From positions 809 through 64,808 of the forward strand of contig JAJEFE010000003.1 in assembly GCA_022820625.1 (NCBI GenBank): DNA of 64,000 nt, written 5' to 3'. Made by a program: the position numbers and the translations under genes. Within the stretch, counting starts at the first letter, position 1, and each line of letters starts with the position of its first letter. The notes under the pieces were generated by a model. That model was not told the origin of the DNA and ran no database searches. It was given only the letters and a program-made list of their open reading frames with translations. Below, piece after piece: positions 25,147 through 35,282 of the stretch. This stretch comes from Gammaproteobacteria bacterium (GTDB taxonomy: Bacteria; Pseudomonadota; Gammaproteobacteria; Steroidobacterales; Rariloculaceae).

Positions 25147-26316
25147 ATGACCGATTGGAACAAAGCGGTATTGGACCTGACGCGCGACCTGGTCCGGATG
25201 CAGTCCGTGACGCCCGCGGACGGCGGATGCCAGGCGCTGCTCGGGGCTGCCTTGAAGGCAGCGGGATTCCGGGTGGAGTCCATGCGATTCGGCGAGGTGG
25301 ACAACCTGTGGGCTCGAAGGGGCCACGGCGGTCCCCTGTTGTGCTTCGCCGGCCATACGGATGTGGTGCCGCCGGGTCCGGTGGCGGAATGGGCGGTCGA
25401 TCCGTTCGCCGCGGAGATTTGCGACGGCCGATTGATCGCGCGGGGCGCGGCGGACATGAAGTCCGGTCTCGCTGCAATGACCGTCGCTTGTCAGCGATTC
25501 GTGCATGACCATCCCGACCATCCCGGTTCCATCGCGTTCCTGATCACCAGCGACGAGGAAGGCGAAGCGCGCGACGGGACTCTCAGGGTCATGGAAGAGC
25601 TGGACCGCAGAGGCGAACGCATCGACTGGTGCGTGGTCGGCGAGCCCTCCAGCACCAACGTCCTGGGAGACGCCATCCGGGTAGGCCGCCGCGGCAGTTT
25701 GACCGGATTGATGACGCTGCGCGGAATACAGGGGCATGTCGCCTACCCCCAGGAGGCCAGAAACCCCATACACGATCTGGCGGATTTCGTCAGCGCCGTC
25801 AATCTCGAACCCCTGGACCGGGGCAATCGGCACTTTCCGCCCAGCAGCTTTCAGATGGTCAATGTCCACAGCGACACCGGCGCCACCAACGTGATTCCGG
25901 GAGAACTCACGTGCCGCTTCAATTTCCGCTACTCCACGGAGTGGACCCGGGACGCGTTGATCGGGCACATCGAGTCGCTGCTGGCGCGGCTCGACATCGA
26001 CTGCGACATCGATTGGCGCGATGTCGGACAGCCGTTTCTGACCGACGAGGGCACGTTGACAAGGGCCGCCGCCCGGGCCGTGCTCGAACAGACCGGACGC
26101 GAGCCCGAATTTTCCACCAGCGGCGGCACGTCCGACGGGCGCTTCATTTCTCCCTACGGAGTGGATGTGGTGGAGTTCGGCCCGATCAACCGGACAATTC
26201 ACAAGGTGAACGAGGAAGTCCGGGTGGACGATCTGCCAGTGCTTCAGGGGGTCTACTACCGCATCGCCGAATTGTTGCTGATGGAGCCGGCACGCCTCAC
26301 TGGCGAACGGCCCTGA
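25147..26316 (+). CDS. dapE: succinyl-diaminopimelate desuccinylase
   Basis: I chose the internal ATG at 25147 of ORF 25084..26316. Motifs are LVRMQSVTP, LCFAGHTDVVPPG, ARGAADMKSG and SDEEGEA. Confidence 0.85.
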   Translation: MTDWNKAVLDLTRDLVRMQSVTPADGGCQALLGAALKAAGFRVESMRFGEVDNLWARRGHGGPLLCFAGHTDVVPPGPVAEWAVDPFAAEICDGRLIARGAADMKSGLAAMTVACQRFVHDHPDHPGSIAFLITSDEEGEARDGTLRVMEELDRRGERIDWCVVGEPSSTNVLGDAIRVGRRGSLTGLMTLRGIQGHVAYPQEARNPIHDLADFVSAVNLEPLDRGNRHFPPSSFQMVNVHSDTGATNVIPGELTCRFNFRYSTEWTRDALIGHIESLLARLDIDCDIDWRDVGQPFLTDEGTLTRAAARAVLEQTGREPEFSTSGGTSDGRFISPYGVDVVEFGPINRTIHKVNEEVRVDDLPVLQGVYYRIAELLLMEPARLTGERP

Positions 26317-26422
26317 TGAAGTATTTATGCTGAAGCGGCCCAATGTCACCAAGCCCGATGGCCCGGGATGAGTGTCAAGGGCGGATGTGCGAGTCCAAGC
26401 CGCAGTCGGCGGTGCGTGAGGG

Positions 26423-27247
26423 TTACTCGGGAGGTCTGAGGAGTTCGTTCAGGCTGGTCTTGGCGCGGGTTCGGGCGTCTACGTGTTTGACGATGACGGC
26501 GCAGTATAGGCTGTAGCGGCCGTCGTCGGAGGGGAGGTTGCCGGGGACGACCACGGATCCGGCCGGTACGCGGCCGTAGGTGATTTCGCCGGTGGCGCGG
26601 TCGTAGATGCGGGTGCTCTGGCCCAGGAAGACGCCCATGGCGATGACGCTGCCGCGTTCGACGATGACGCCTTCGACGACTTCGGAGCGTGCGCCGATGA
26701 AGCAGTCGTCCTCGATGATGGTGGGGGTGGCTTGCAGCGGTTCCAGGACGCCGCCGATGCCGACTCCGCCGGAGAGATGGACATTCCTGCCGATCTGTGC
26801 GCAGCTTCCCACCGTCGCCCAGGTGTCGACCATGGTGCCGCGGTCGACGTAGGCCCCGATGTTTACGTAGGACGGCATCAGGACGACCCCGGGGGCGATA
26901 TAGGCCCCGCGGCGCGCCAGCGCTCCCGGGACGACGCGGGTTCCGGAGGCGTCGAAGCGGTCTGCATCGAAGGCGGCGTACTTCAGGGGCACCTTGTCGA
27001 AGAAGCGCACGCTGCCGTCGCCGACCGGTTCGTTGTCGTTGATGCGGAAGTACAGCAGTACGGCCTTCTTGAGCCATTCGTTGACCGACCAGCCGCCGTC
27101 ACGGGGTTCGGCGACGCGCAGTTCGCCGGCGTCGAGTCCGCCGATGCAGTGCTCCACGGCTTCGGCGATTTCGGCGTTCGCGTTTCCGGGCTTGAGTTCG
27201 GCGCGGTTTTCCCAGGCCGATTCGATCACGTCAATCAACTGCGTCAT
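26423..27247 (-). CDS. dapD: 2,3,4,5-tetrahydropyridine-2,6-dicarboxylate N-succinyltransferase
   Basis: 274-aa ORF with hexapeptide repeats and the typical N-terminus ...[11 protein letters not shown]. Confidence 0.88.
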   Translation of the reverse strand: MTQLIDVIESAWENRAELKPGNANAEIAEAVEHCIGGLDAGELRVAEPRDGGWSVNEWLKKAVLLYFRINDNEPVGDGSVRFFDKVPLKYAAFDADRFDASGTRVVPGALARRGAYIAPGVVLMPSYVNIGAYVDRGTMVDTWATVGSCAQIGRNVHLSGGVGIGGVLEPLQATPTIIEDDCFIGARSEVVEGVIVERGSVIAMGVFLGQSTRIYDRATGEITYGRVPAGSVVVPGNLPSDDGRYSLYCAVIVKHVDARTRAKTSLNELLRPPE

Positions 27248-27326
27248 GGATTCTGATCTCCCGGAGGCCTGCGGTCACTGATACGCAATTATCAGGTTTA
27301 TGGAGCACTGGGGTTTGGCGTCCTGG

Positions 27327-30002
27327 CTAGTGGGCCGGCGACGACAGTGTGGATTCGATCGCCTCGACGAGGCGATTGCAGCGAGACTCGTCCAGGCGCC
27401 GGTAATTGAGCGTGGTGACGAAGAAGACGTCCTCGGCGCGCTCGCCCAGAGTTGCGATCTTGGCGTTATGCAGGGCCACGCGTTGTTCCTCGAAGATCTT
27501 GCCCACCTGGAGCAACAGGCCCGGACGGTCCGCCGCCACCAGTTCCAGCACTGTGCGGTTATTTACGGGATCCTGCGAAACATTGACCTGAACCGCGGTG
27601 GAGAACATGCGCACCTGCCGCGGCGCCCGGCGGTGGACCCTGAGCGGACGGTCGTCCGAAGCGGTCAGCGCCCTCGGCAACCGGCTGCGAATTTCCTGCA
27701 ATCGGCGCGGTTCTTCGATGCGGCTGCCGTCGCTTTCGAGTACGCAGTAGGTATCGAGGGTCTGCCGGCCGCTCATGGGCACGATGCGGGCGTCGACGAT
27801 CGTCAGGCCCAGTTCGTCCAGTGCTGCGGTGATGCGTACGAACGACCGCATCCGCTTGGGGGCGTACACCATGATGGCCGTCAGTCCCTCGGAGACCCGG
27901 TCGCTGACGTCCACGACCACGGACGGGTCCGGTCCGGACTCCACCAGCACGCGGGTATGCCAGGCGATCTCCTCGGGCCGGTGCCGCAGATAGTATTCGT
28001 CCGTGAAGCCCTTCCACACCGGTTTCCAGTCGGGCGGTTCGAATCCTATCTCTTCGAGCAGATCGCGGGCCCGGCCCTGGGTTTCGCCGAGCAGTTCGTC
28101 CGCGTCGATGGGCCGCGCGAAGCCGCGCCGCAGGGCGCGCTTGGTGAGTTCGTAGAGTTCCCGGAACAGGGTGTCCTTCCACGAGTTCCAGATCTTCGGG
28201 TTGGTGCCGCGAACGTCGGCGACCGTGAGCAGGTAGAGGTAGTTCAGGTGTGTCATGTCGCCGACCGCGCGCGCGAACTCGTTGACGACGCCGGGGTCGT
28301 TCAGGTCCTTCTTCTGCGCGGTCATGGACAGCAGCAGGTGGTGCCTGACCAGCCATGCCAGCAGGCGGGCGTCATAGCGGCTCATGCCGTGTTCGAGGCA
28401 GAACGCTTCGGCGTCGACGGCTCCGAGTTCCGAATGATCGCCGCCGCGGCCCTTGGCGATGTCGTGGAACAGCCCGGCCAGGTAGGCGATTTCCGGTTTT
28501 TCCAGGGTCTGCATGATGCGGCTGCAGGCCGGAAATTCATGGTCGAACCGCGGCAGCGCGAAGCGGCGCAGATTCTCCACCACGAACAGCGTGTGGGCAT
28601 CCACGGTGTAGACGTGGAACAGGTCGTATTGCATGCGGCCCACGATCCGTCCGAAGGCCGGGATGTAGAGGCCGAGCACGCCGTAGGTGTTCATGCGCTT
28701 CAACGTTCGCGTCACCCCCTGGGGCTCCCGCAGGATGTCCAGGAAGAGGCGGTGGTTGCGCGGGTTCTGCCGGAATTCCTCGTCTATCAGGTACAGGTGC
28801 TGCCTGATGAGCGCGATGGTTCTCGCGCTCACGCCGCGCAGGTCGATATTTCGCTCCAGTAGCAGGAAGATTTCCAGCAACGCCGAGGGGTCGCGTACGA
28901 AGATTTCCTCATCGACCGCCTCAAGGTAGCCATTGCTGGCCTGGAAGCCCTTGCCCGTGGGCTGAACCGGAATTTTCCGGTCTACGACGATGTCGTCCTC
29001 GAACAATTGCAGCAGCATTTCGTTGAGGCGGCTCAGCTCCATCACGGTGCGGTAGTAGCGCTGCATGAGTTGCTCCACCGCCAGGGTGAAGGTGGCGTCC
29101 TCGTACCCCAGCATCTTCGCGAGCTTGACCTGGTGGTCGAACAGCAGCCGGTCCTCGCGGCGGCCGACGAGGAGATGCAGGGCGAACCGGACGCGCCACA
29201 GGAACGCCCGTCCCGTTCTCAGGATTCGCAACTGGCCCGGTGTCAGAAAGCCTCGGGAGTGGAGTTCGTTCAGGCTCCTGGAACCCAGGTGGCGCCGGGC
29301 GATCCAGACGATGGTCTGGATGTCCCGCAGGCCGCCCGGGCTGGCCTTGATGTTGGGCTCCAGCTTGTAGCCGGTATCGTCGAAAGCGTGATGGCGGGCC
29401 TCCTGCTCGGCACACTTCGCATGGAAATACCCGGCTGAATCCCACACGCGATCCTGGCCGATGTGTCGCTCGAACGTGTTGAACAGGTCAGCCGGTCCCG
29501 CGAGCAGGCGCGACTCCATCATCGTCGTCATCACGGTGACGTCGTTACGGGATTCCACCTCGCAGTCCTCGGGCGTGCGCACGGAATGCCCAACTTCCAG
29601 CCCGATGTCCCAGAGGAACGTGAAGAACCGGCTGATGGCTTCGTCCACCACCGCGTCGCCGGTCCTGTCCCGGAGCACCATGAGATCGACGTCGGAATGG
29701 GGATGCAGTTCACCGCGGCCGTATCCTCCCACCGCCACCAGCGCGCAACGGTCGTGCAGATCGGCCGCGAAATGGTCCCATGCCGCCAGTACGACCTGGT
29801 CGATGACCCGCGCACTGAAGCGCACCAGTGTCTCCACCGATTCGTTGGCGCCGAATCGGTCAGCGAGCGACCGGTGAGCATTGGCGAGAACGTCACGAAA
29901 TCGCTGGATCGGGCTGCCCGGGCCTGCCAGCGCACGATCAAGCAGGGCTCGATCGACCGCTCCGGGACGGTTCGGCGTACGAGTGGCGGCGGTGGTACTC
30001 AT
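27327..30002 (-). CDS. glnD: [protein-PII] uridylyltransferase/uridylyl-removing enzyme
   Basis: I chose the internal ATG at 30002 of ORF 27327..30368 (MSTTAATRT...), which forms an ATGA overlap with the map stop. It has an NTase domain (GGYGRGELHPHSDVDL), an HD domain (LFHDIAKGRGGDHS) and two C-terminal ACT domains. Confidence 0.88.
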   Translation of the reverse strand: MSTTAATRTPNRPGAVDRALLDRALAGPGSPIQRFRDVLANAHRSLADRFGANESVETLVRFSARVIDQVVLAAWDHFAADLHDRCALVAVGGYGRGELHPHSDVDLMVLRDRTGDAVVDEAISRFFTFLWDIGLEVGHSVRTPEDCEVESRNDVTVMTTMMESRLLAGPADLFNTFERHIGQDRVWDSAGYFHAKCAEQEARHHAFDDTGYKLEPNIKASPGGLRDIQTIVWIARRHLGSRSLNELHSRGFLTPGQLRILRTGRAFLWRVRFALHLLVGRREDRLLFDHQVKLAKMLGYEDATFTLAVEQLMQRYYRTVMELSRLNEMLLQLFEDDIVVDRKIPVQPTGKGFQASNGYLEAVDEEIFVRDPSALLEIFLLLERNIDLRGVSARTIALIRQHLYLIDEEFRQNPRNHRLFLDILREPQGVTRTLKRMNTYGVLGLYIPAFGRIVGRMQYDLFHVYTVDAHTLFVVENLRRFALPRFDHEFPACSRIMQTLEKPEIAYLAGLFHDIAKGRGGDHSELGAVDAEAFCLEHGMSRYDARLLAWLVRHHLLLSMTAQKKDLNDPGVVNEFARAVGDMTHLNYLYLLTVADVRGTNPKIWNSWKDTLFRELYELTKRALRRGFARPIDADELLGETQGRARDLLEEIGFEPPDWKPVWKGFTDEYYLRHRPEEIAWHTRVLVESGPDPSVVVDVSDRVSEGLTAIMVYAPKRMRSFVRITAALDELGLTIVDARIVPMSGRQTLDTYCVLESDGSRIEEPRRLQEIRSRLPRALTASDDRPLRVHRRAPRQVRMFSTAVQVNVSQDPVNNRTVLELVAADRPGLLLQVGKIFEEQRVALHNAKIATLGERAEDVFFVTTLNYRRLDESRCNRLVEAIESTLSSPAH

Positions 30003-30763
30003 GAGCCCGCGGCGCCCAGCGTCAGGACTTCGAAGCCTTCCGCCGTGACCAGAACCGTATGTTCCCACTGGGCGGAAAGCGAGTGGTCCCTGGTGACGAC
30101 GGTCCAGCCGTCGTTCAACAGGCGAACGTGCCGGGAGCCGGCGTTGACCATCGGTTCCACGGTGATGGTCATGCCTTCTTCCAGCCGCATGCCGGTTCCC
30201 GGACGCCCGTAGTGGAGGACCTGGGGTTCCTCGTGAAATCCCCGGCCGATCCCGTGGCCGCAATACTCCCGAACCACGGAAAAACGGTTCTTCTCCACGT
30301 GGGTCTGGATCGCGTTGCCGATGTCCCCCAGACAGGTCCCGGGACGAATCTGCCGGATGCCGAGCCACATGGCGTCGTAACAGACCTGCGCCAGCCGGCG
30401 CCCCATGATGCCCGGCTTGCCGACGAAGAACATGCGGCTGGTATCGCCGTGAAATTCGTCCTTGATCACGGTGATGTCGATGTTGACCGCGTCACCGTTC
30501 CTGAGCTTGCGTTCGCCCGGAATTCCGTGGCAGACGACGTGATTCACGGATGTGCATATGGATTTCGGGAATCCGCGGTAATTCAGCGGCGCGGGAATGG
30601 CATCGAGTTCGCCGACGATGTATTCATGGCAGATCCGGTCCAGTTCGCCGGTGGAGACGCCCGGCCGGACGTGTTCCCCTATCATGTCCAGGACCCGGGC
30701 CGCCAGCCTGCCCGCGATCCGCATCTTGTCCTGTTCGAGGGTGGATTTGATCGTTGCGCTCAT
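29999..30763 (-). CDS. map: type I methionine aminopeptidase
   Basis: I chose the internal ATG at 30763 of ORF 29999..30796. Motifs are VCHGIP, DIGNAIQ, YCGHGIG and EPMVN. Confidence 0.88.
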   Translation of the reverse strand: MSATIKSTLEQDKMRIAGRLAARVLDMIGEHVRPGVSTGELDRICHEYIVGELDAIPAPLNYRGFPKSICTSVNHVVCHGIPGERKLRNGDAVNIDITVIKDEFHGDTSRMFFVGKPGIMGRRLAQVCYDAMWLGIRQIRPGTCLGDIGNAIQTHVEKNRFSVVREYCGHGIGRGFHEEPQVLHYGRPGTGMRLEEGMTITVEPMVNAGSRHVRLLNDGWTVVTRDHSLSAQWEHTVLVTAEGFEVLTLGAAGS

Positions 30764-30811
30764 CGGAAATGCCTTTTCGGCTGAATGCGGGCACAAGCCG
30801 GCTGCCCGCGA

Positions 30812-30840
30812 TTGTTGCCGATGGGAGCCTATGGTATAAA
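30812..30840 (+). promoter_or_regulatory. candidate sigma70 promoter of rpsB-tsf
   Basis: TTGTTG (30812-30817), a 17-nt spacer, then TATAAA (30835-30840). It is followed by a ~135-nt leader containing two hairpins (ccccgg..ccgggg and ctccgg..ccggag). Confidence 0.4.
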
Positions 30841-30981
30841 GCCCGCGCCCCGGCCCGCAAATCTTGTGGACCGGGGCAACCGACTACACACACGCGCCGA
30901 AACCCGCGGCGGGGTGCTCCGGATGAAAACCGGAGTTGCTGGCGGGGGCTGCGTGGAGGACTAACCCGACGAGGAACTCTC

Positions 30982-32226
30982 ATGACCGACGTATCCATGC
31001 GGCGGATGCTGGAAGCCGGCGTGCATTTCGGCCACCAGACGCGCTTCTGGAACCCGAAGATGGCGCCCTTCATCTTCGGCGAACGCAACCGCATCCATAT
31101 CATCAACCTGGAGCGCACGCTCCCGCTCTACCAGGAAGCCTGCGAATTCATCCGGCGGGTTATCGCCGATGGCGGCACCGTGCTGTTCGTGGGATCCAAA
31201 CGCGCCGCGCGCCAGGCGATTTCCGAGGAAGCCATCCGTTGCGGAATGCCCTACGTGAGCCATCGCTGGCTGGGCGGAATGCTGACGAACTTCAAGACCA
31301 TTCGAAAGTCCGTCGCGAGGCTCAAGGAACTGGAAGAGATCACCGCGGACGAGGCGCGCGGGGACTACACGAAGAAGGAAATCCTGGGGCTCAGCCGCGA
31401 ACGCGACAAGCTGGAGCGGACCCTCGGCGGCATCAAGGACATGGAGTCGCTGCCCGATGCGGTATTCGTCGTCGACGTCGGTCACGAGGAAATTGCCGTC
31501 AGGGAGGCGATCAAGCTGGGCATCCCTATCGTGGCGGTGGTGGATACCAACTCCTCGCCGGACGAAATCGACTATGTGGTGCCGGGCAACGACGATGCGA
31601 TGGGCGCCATCAGGCTGTATGCGCACGGCGCGGCGGAGGCGGTCATGGAGGGCAAGTCGTCGATACCCGATGTCCCGGTGGGCGATGACGAGTTCGTGGA
31701 ACTGGATGCGGAAGGCCGGCCGAAGGTCGCGGGCAGCCGGCGTCCCGGCCGGGGCGGCGCCAGGAAACGCCCCGTGCGCAAGGCGGTGGTGAGAAAGAAG
31801 CAGTCGAAGTTGAGCGCCGTTCGCGATGCCGCCGAAGAGGCGCCCGCGGCCGACCCGGTGGAGACAGAGGCCGCGCCATCGGACGAGGCGGCGACAGCGG
31901 AATCGCCGGCAGAAGCTACCGAAGCGCCGGAGGCCGAATCGTCCACGGAGGAGAGTGCGCCGGCCGACGCATCCGACACGGATACGCCGGACGCGGCGGA
32001 GGCAGCGGACACCGAAGCAGCGGAGGCGGCAGAGGCAACCGACGCAGAGGCAACCGACACCGATGCGGAAGTGGCTGAGCCGGACGGAAGCGATTCCGAG
32101 GAGTCCGAAGCAGCCGGCGCCGAGCCGGAAGGCGCAGAGGCGGCCGACGCTGAAGCGGAGACGAAAAGCGCCCCGGTACCGGACGCGGAGAAGGCGGCCG
32201 AACCTGACGACGGCCAGACCGAATAG
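30982..32226 (+). CDS. rpsB: 30S ribosomal protein S2 with a ~170-residue basic-then-acidic C-terminal extension
   Basis: I chose the internal ATG at 30982 of ORF 30754..32226. The N-terminus is [27 protein letters not shown]. The canonical S2 core ends near residue 242 (GDDEFVELD). The frame stays open to residue 414, and tsf starts 11 nt later. Confidence 0.88.
   Translation: MTDVSMRRMLEAGVHFGHQTRFWNPKMAPFIFGERNRIHIINLERTLPLYQEACEFIRRVIADGGTVLFVGSKRAARQAISEEAIRCGMPYVSHRWLGGMLTNFKTIRKSVARLKELEEITADEARGDYTKKEILGLSRERDKLERTLGGIKDMESLPDAVFVVDVGHEEIAVREAIKLGIPIVAVVDTNSSPDEIDYVVPGNDDAMGAIRLYAHGAAEAVMEGKSSIPDVPVGDDEFVELDAEGRPKVAGSRRPGRGGARKRPVRKAVVRKKQSKLSAVRDAAEEAPAADPVETEAAPSDEAATAESPAEATEAPEAESSTEESAPADASDTDTPDAAEAADTEAAEAAEATDAEATDTDAEVAEPDGSDSEESEAAGAEPEGAEAADAEAETKSAPVPDAEKAAEPDDGQTE
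32029..32058 (+). repeat. perfect 15-bp tandem duplication inside the rpsB tail
   Basis: gcagaggcaaccgac occurs at 32029-32043 and again at 32044-32058, encoding [10 protein letters not shown]. Confidence 0.9.
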
Positions 32227-32237
32227 AGGAATACGTA

Positions 32238-33113
32238 ATGCCCATAACAGCAGCATTGGTCAAACAGCTTCGGGAGCGAACCGGAGCCGGCATGATGGAT
32301 TGCAAGCGGGCCCTGACCGAGGTCGGTGGAGACCTGGACGGGGCTGCGGAATTCCTGCGCAAGGCGGGGCAGGCCAAGGCCGACCGCAAGGCGGCGCGCG
32401 TGGCCGCCCAGGGCCTCGTGCTGTTGCGGGAGGATGCGGGCGGCGGTCGCTGTGTGGTCCTGGAGATAAATTGCGAGACGGACTTTGTCGCCAAGGACGA
32501 TAATTTCGTGAACTTCGCGGAGTCCCTGGCGGATGCCGTACTGAGCCGGGCGCCGGCGGACGTCGAGGAACTCCTCGCTATGGAAATAGCCGGCGATAGC
32601 GTCGAGACCCTGCGCCGGCAACTGGTCGCCAAGGTCGGTGAGAACATTTCCGTGCGCCGTTTCGAACTGGTTTCGAGCAGCGATGTAATGGGCGCGTACT
32701 CCCACCACGGGCGTATCGGCGCCCTCGTGGAAATACAGGGCGGTACGGTGGACCTGGCCAGGGACCTGGCAATGCAGGTTGCCGCCATGTCGCCCCGTTA
32801 CGTCAGCTGGGACGACATCCCCGAAGCCGAACTTGCGAAGGAGAGGGAGATTCTCGCGGTGCAGGCGGAGAAGGAGGGCAAGCCGCCACACATCGTCAGC
32901 AAGATGGTGGAGGGCCGACTGCGCAAGCAGTTTGACACGGTGACCCTGACGTCGCAGGCGTTCGTGAAGGATCCCGACAAACGCGTTCGGGACCTGCTGG
33001 CGCAGAGCGGCGCCAGCGTGCTGCGATTCCTGCGCTATGAAGTGGGCGAGGGGATCGAAAGGCGCGAGGTGGATTTCGTCAAGGAGGTCAGGGAGCAGGC
33101 GTCCGGAAAATAG
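32238..33113 (+). CDS. tsf: translation elongation factor Ts
   Basis: 291-aa ORF. The N-terminal UBA-like motif is [24 protein letters not shown]. Confidence 0.92.
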   Translation: MPITAALVKQLRERTGAGMMDCKRALTEVGGDLDGAAEFLRKAGQAKADRKAARVAAQGLVLLREDAGGGRCVVLEINCETDFVAKDDNFVNFAESLADAVLSRAPADVEELLAMEIAGDSVETLRRQLVAKVGENISVRRFELVSSSDVMGAYSHHGRIGALVEIQGGTVDLARDLAMQVAAMSPRYVSWDDIPEAELAKEREILAVQAEKEGKPPHIVSKMVEGRLRKQFDTVTLTSQAFVKDPDKRVRDLLAQSGASVLRFLRYEVGEGIERREVDFVKEVREQASGK

Positions 33114-33193
33114 CGCGGCTGGCCGGCCTTGGCCTTACAATAGTCCCGGATTACCCGCGGAGGGAGTATCCGGGCATCGGAGAAAGGGAGCCC

Positions 33194-33955
33194 ATGGGCC
33201 AGGAGTCGCCAGCCTACAAACGCATATTGCTCAAGCTCAGCGGTGAGGCGTTACTGGGTTCCCTGGAGTACGGAATCGATCCCGCGGTCATTCGGCGCAT
33301 CGCCTCCGAAATCGTCGAGGTTCAGTCCCTGAACGTCCAGGTGGGCCTGGTGATCGGCGGGGGCAATATCTTTCGCGGCGCCGGTCTCGCCGAAGGCGGC
33401 ATGGACCGGGTCACCGGCGACCAGATGGGCATGCTGGCCACGGTGATCAATTCGCTCGCGCTCCAGGACGCCCTGGAACGCCTGGGCGCGTACGCCCGGG
33501 TCATGTCGGCCATCCAGATTCACGAGGTCTGCGAGGACTACATCCGGCGCCGCGCCATTCGCCACCTGGAAAAGGGGCGGGTGGTGATCTTCGCCGCCGG
33601 CACGGGCAACCCCTTTTTCACCACCGACACCGCGGCAAGCCTGCGTGCGATCGAGATCGGCGCGGACGTGCTGATCAAGGCCACCAAGGTGGATGGCGTG
33701 TATTCGGCGGACCCGCTCAAGGATCCACGGGCAGTTCGCTACGACGGGCTGTCCTTCGACCAGGTGCTTGCGGACAAGCTGAATGTCATGGATGCCACCG
33801 CGGTGGTGATGTGCCGTGACAATGACCTGCCGCTTGTGGTGTTCAACCTGACCAACGGTGGCGATCTGGTGCGTCTGGTCCGTGGCGAAAGCCTCGGTAC
33901 GGCCGTGGTCAAAGATCTGCCCCAGACGGTCACCGATACGGCGTTACAAGTTTGA
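33194..33955 (+). CDS. pyrH: UMP kinase
   Basis: 253-aa ORF with the motifs [23 protein letters not shown] and [11 protein letters not shown]. Confidence 0.92.
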   Translation: MGQESPAYKRILLKLSGEALLGSLEYGIDPAVIRRIASEIVEVQSLNVQVGLVIGGGNIFRGAGLAEGGMDRVTGDQMGMLATVINSLALQDALERLGAYARVMSAIQIHEVCEDYIRRRAIRHLEKGRVVIFAAGTGNPFFTTDTAASLRAIEIGADVLIKATKVDGVYSADPLKDPRAVRYDGLSFDQVLADKLNVMDATAVVMCRDNDLPLVVFNLTNGGDLVRLVRGESLGTAVVKDLPQTVTDTALQV

Positions 33956-33966
33956 TGGAGCACTAA

Positions 33967-34524
33967 ATGATTGAAGAACTCCAGCAACACGGCGATGTAC
34001 GCATGCGCAAGAGCGTCGAGGCGCTCAGGGAGGAGTTCAAGCGGTTGCGGACCGGCCGCGCGCATACCGGCCTGCTGGAACACATCACAGTCGAGTACTA
34101 CGGCACGCGGGTTCCAATCAACCAGACCTCCACGGTCGCCGTGGAGGATGCGCGGACCCTCGTGGTCTCGCCCTGGGAGAAGCAGATGGTTTCCGCGGTG
34201 GAGCGGGCGATCATCAATTCCGACCTCGGGCTGACGCCGGTCACGGCCGGTGTGGTGATTCGAGTGCCGCTGCCTCCCATGACCGAAGAGCGGCGCCGGG
34301 ACCTTGTCCGCGTCGTGCGTCACGAAACCGAGGTCGCGCGTGTCGCCGTACGCAACATTCGCCGCGACATCCTGAGCGACGTCAAGGACCTGCTGGCGGA
34401 GAAAATGATCACCGAAGACGATCAGCACCGGGCCTACGACGACGTGCAGAAGCTGACCGACAGGCACATTGCGGCCATGGATGAGCTCCTTAGCGAAAAG
34501 GAGAAGGAAATCATGGAGTTCTGA
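33967..34524 (+). CDS. frr: ribosome recycling factor
   Basis: 185-aa ORF with the motifs LRTGRAHTGLLEHI and INSDLGLTP. Confidence 0.92.
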   Translation: MIEELQQHGDVRMRKSVEALREEFKRLRTGRAHTGLLEHITVEYYGTRVPINQTSTVAVEDARTLVVSPWEKQMVSAVERAIINSDLGLTPVTAGVVIRVPLPPMTEERRRDLVRVVRHETEVARVAVRNIRRDILSDVKDLLAEKMITEDDQHRAYDDVQKLTDRHIAAMDELLSEKEKEIMEF

Positions 34525-35282
34525 TGGTTGCATCGGCGCGCACTTCAATGGCCGTTGCAGGGGTTCCGTACCATCTGGCCGTGATCATGGACGGTAACGG
34601 ACGATGGGCCGAGCGCCGCGGCCTGCCCCGCCGGGCGGGTCACCGCCACGGAATCGAGCCCGTTCGCGCGGTGGTTGAAAGTTGCGCCGATCTGGGGGTC
34701 AGGTACCTCACACTATTCGCGTTTTCGAGTGAAAACTGGAATCGCCCCGAGGACGAGATTCATGGTCTCATGTCGCTGTTTCTGGAGGCGCTGGACCGGG
34801 AGGTGGCCGAGTTGAATGAGCAGAACGTCCGGCTGCGCTTCATGGGCGAGAGCCAACGGCTCGATCCCGGTCTGCGGCGTTCCATGCGCGCTGCCGAAAC
34901 CCGCACCGGCGGCAATACCCGACTGGACCTGTCGGTGGCGGTTGCCTATGGAGGTCGCAGCGACCTGGTCAACGCCGCCCGCAGGCTGGCCCGCCAGGCT
35001 GCGGCGGGCACACTCGATCCGGAAAAGATCGATGCGGATCGATTCGCCGCGGAACTGGAGATGGCGCGCATTCCGGATGTCGACTTGTTGATCAGGACCG
35101 GCAGCGACCGGCGGATCAGCAATTTCCTGTTGTGGAGTCTGGCCTACAGCGAACTGTATTTCTCCGATGTGCTCTGGCCCGACTTCAACTCCGGGGAACT
35201 GGGTCGGGCCATCGAATTCTACGGTAGCCGCCAGCGCCGGTTCGGCCGCACGGCGCAGCAGATCGAGGCGAGCCTGTGCTGA
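34524..35282 (+). CDS. uppS: ditrans,polycis-undecaprenyl-diphosphate synthase
   Basis: 252-aa ORF with the motifs HLAVIMDGNGRWA, FAFSSENWNRP and RTGSDRRISNFLLWSLAYSELYF. Its ATG shares 1 nt with the frr stop. Confidence 0.9.
   Translation: MVASARTSMAVAGVPYHLAVIMDGNGRWAERRGLPRRAGHRHGIEPVRAVVESCADLGVRYLTLFAFSSENWNRPEDEIHGLMSLFLEALDREVAELNEQNVRLRFMGESQRLDPGLRRSMRAAETRTGGNTRLDLSVAVAYGGRSDLVNAARRLARQAAAGTLDPEKIDADRFAAELEMARIPDVDLLIRTGSDRRISNFLLWSLAYSELYFSDVLWPDFNSGELGRAIEFYGSRQRRFGRTAQQIEASLC

Noticed and set aside
31800-32226. Repetitive GAnGCn DNA that might be mistaken for a CRISPR or tandem-repeat locus
   Set aside because: It is in frame with rpsB and has coding-type third-position GC. It contains only one exact 15-bp duplication and no spacer/repeat architecture.
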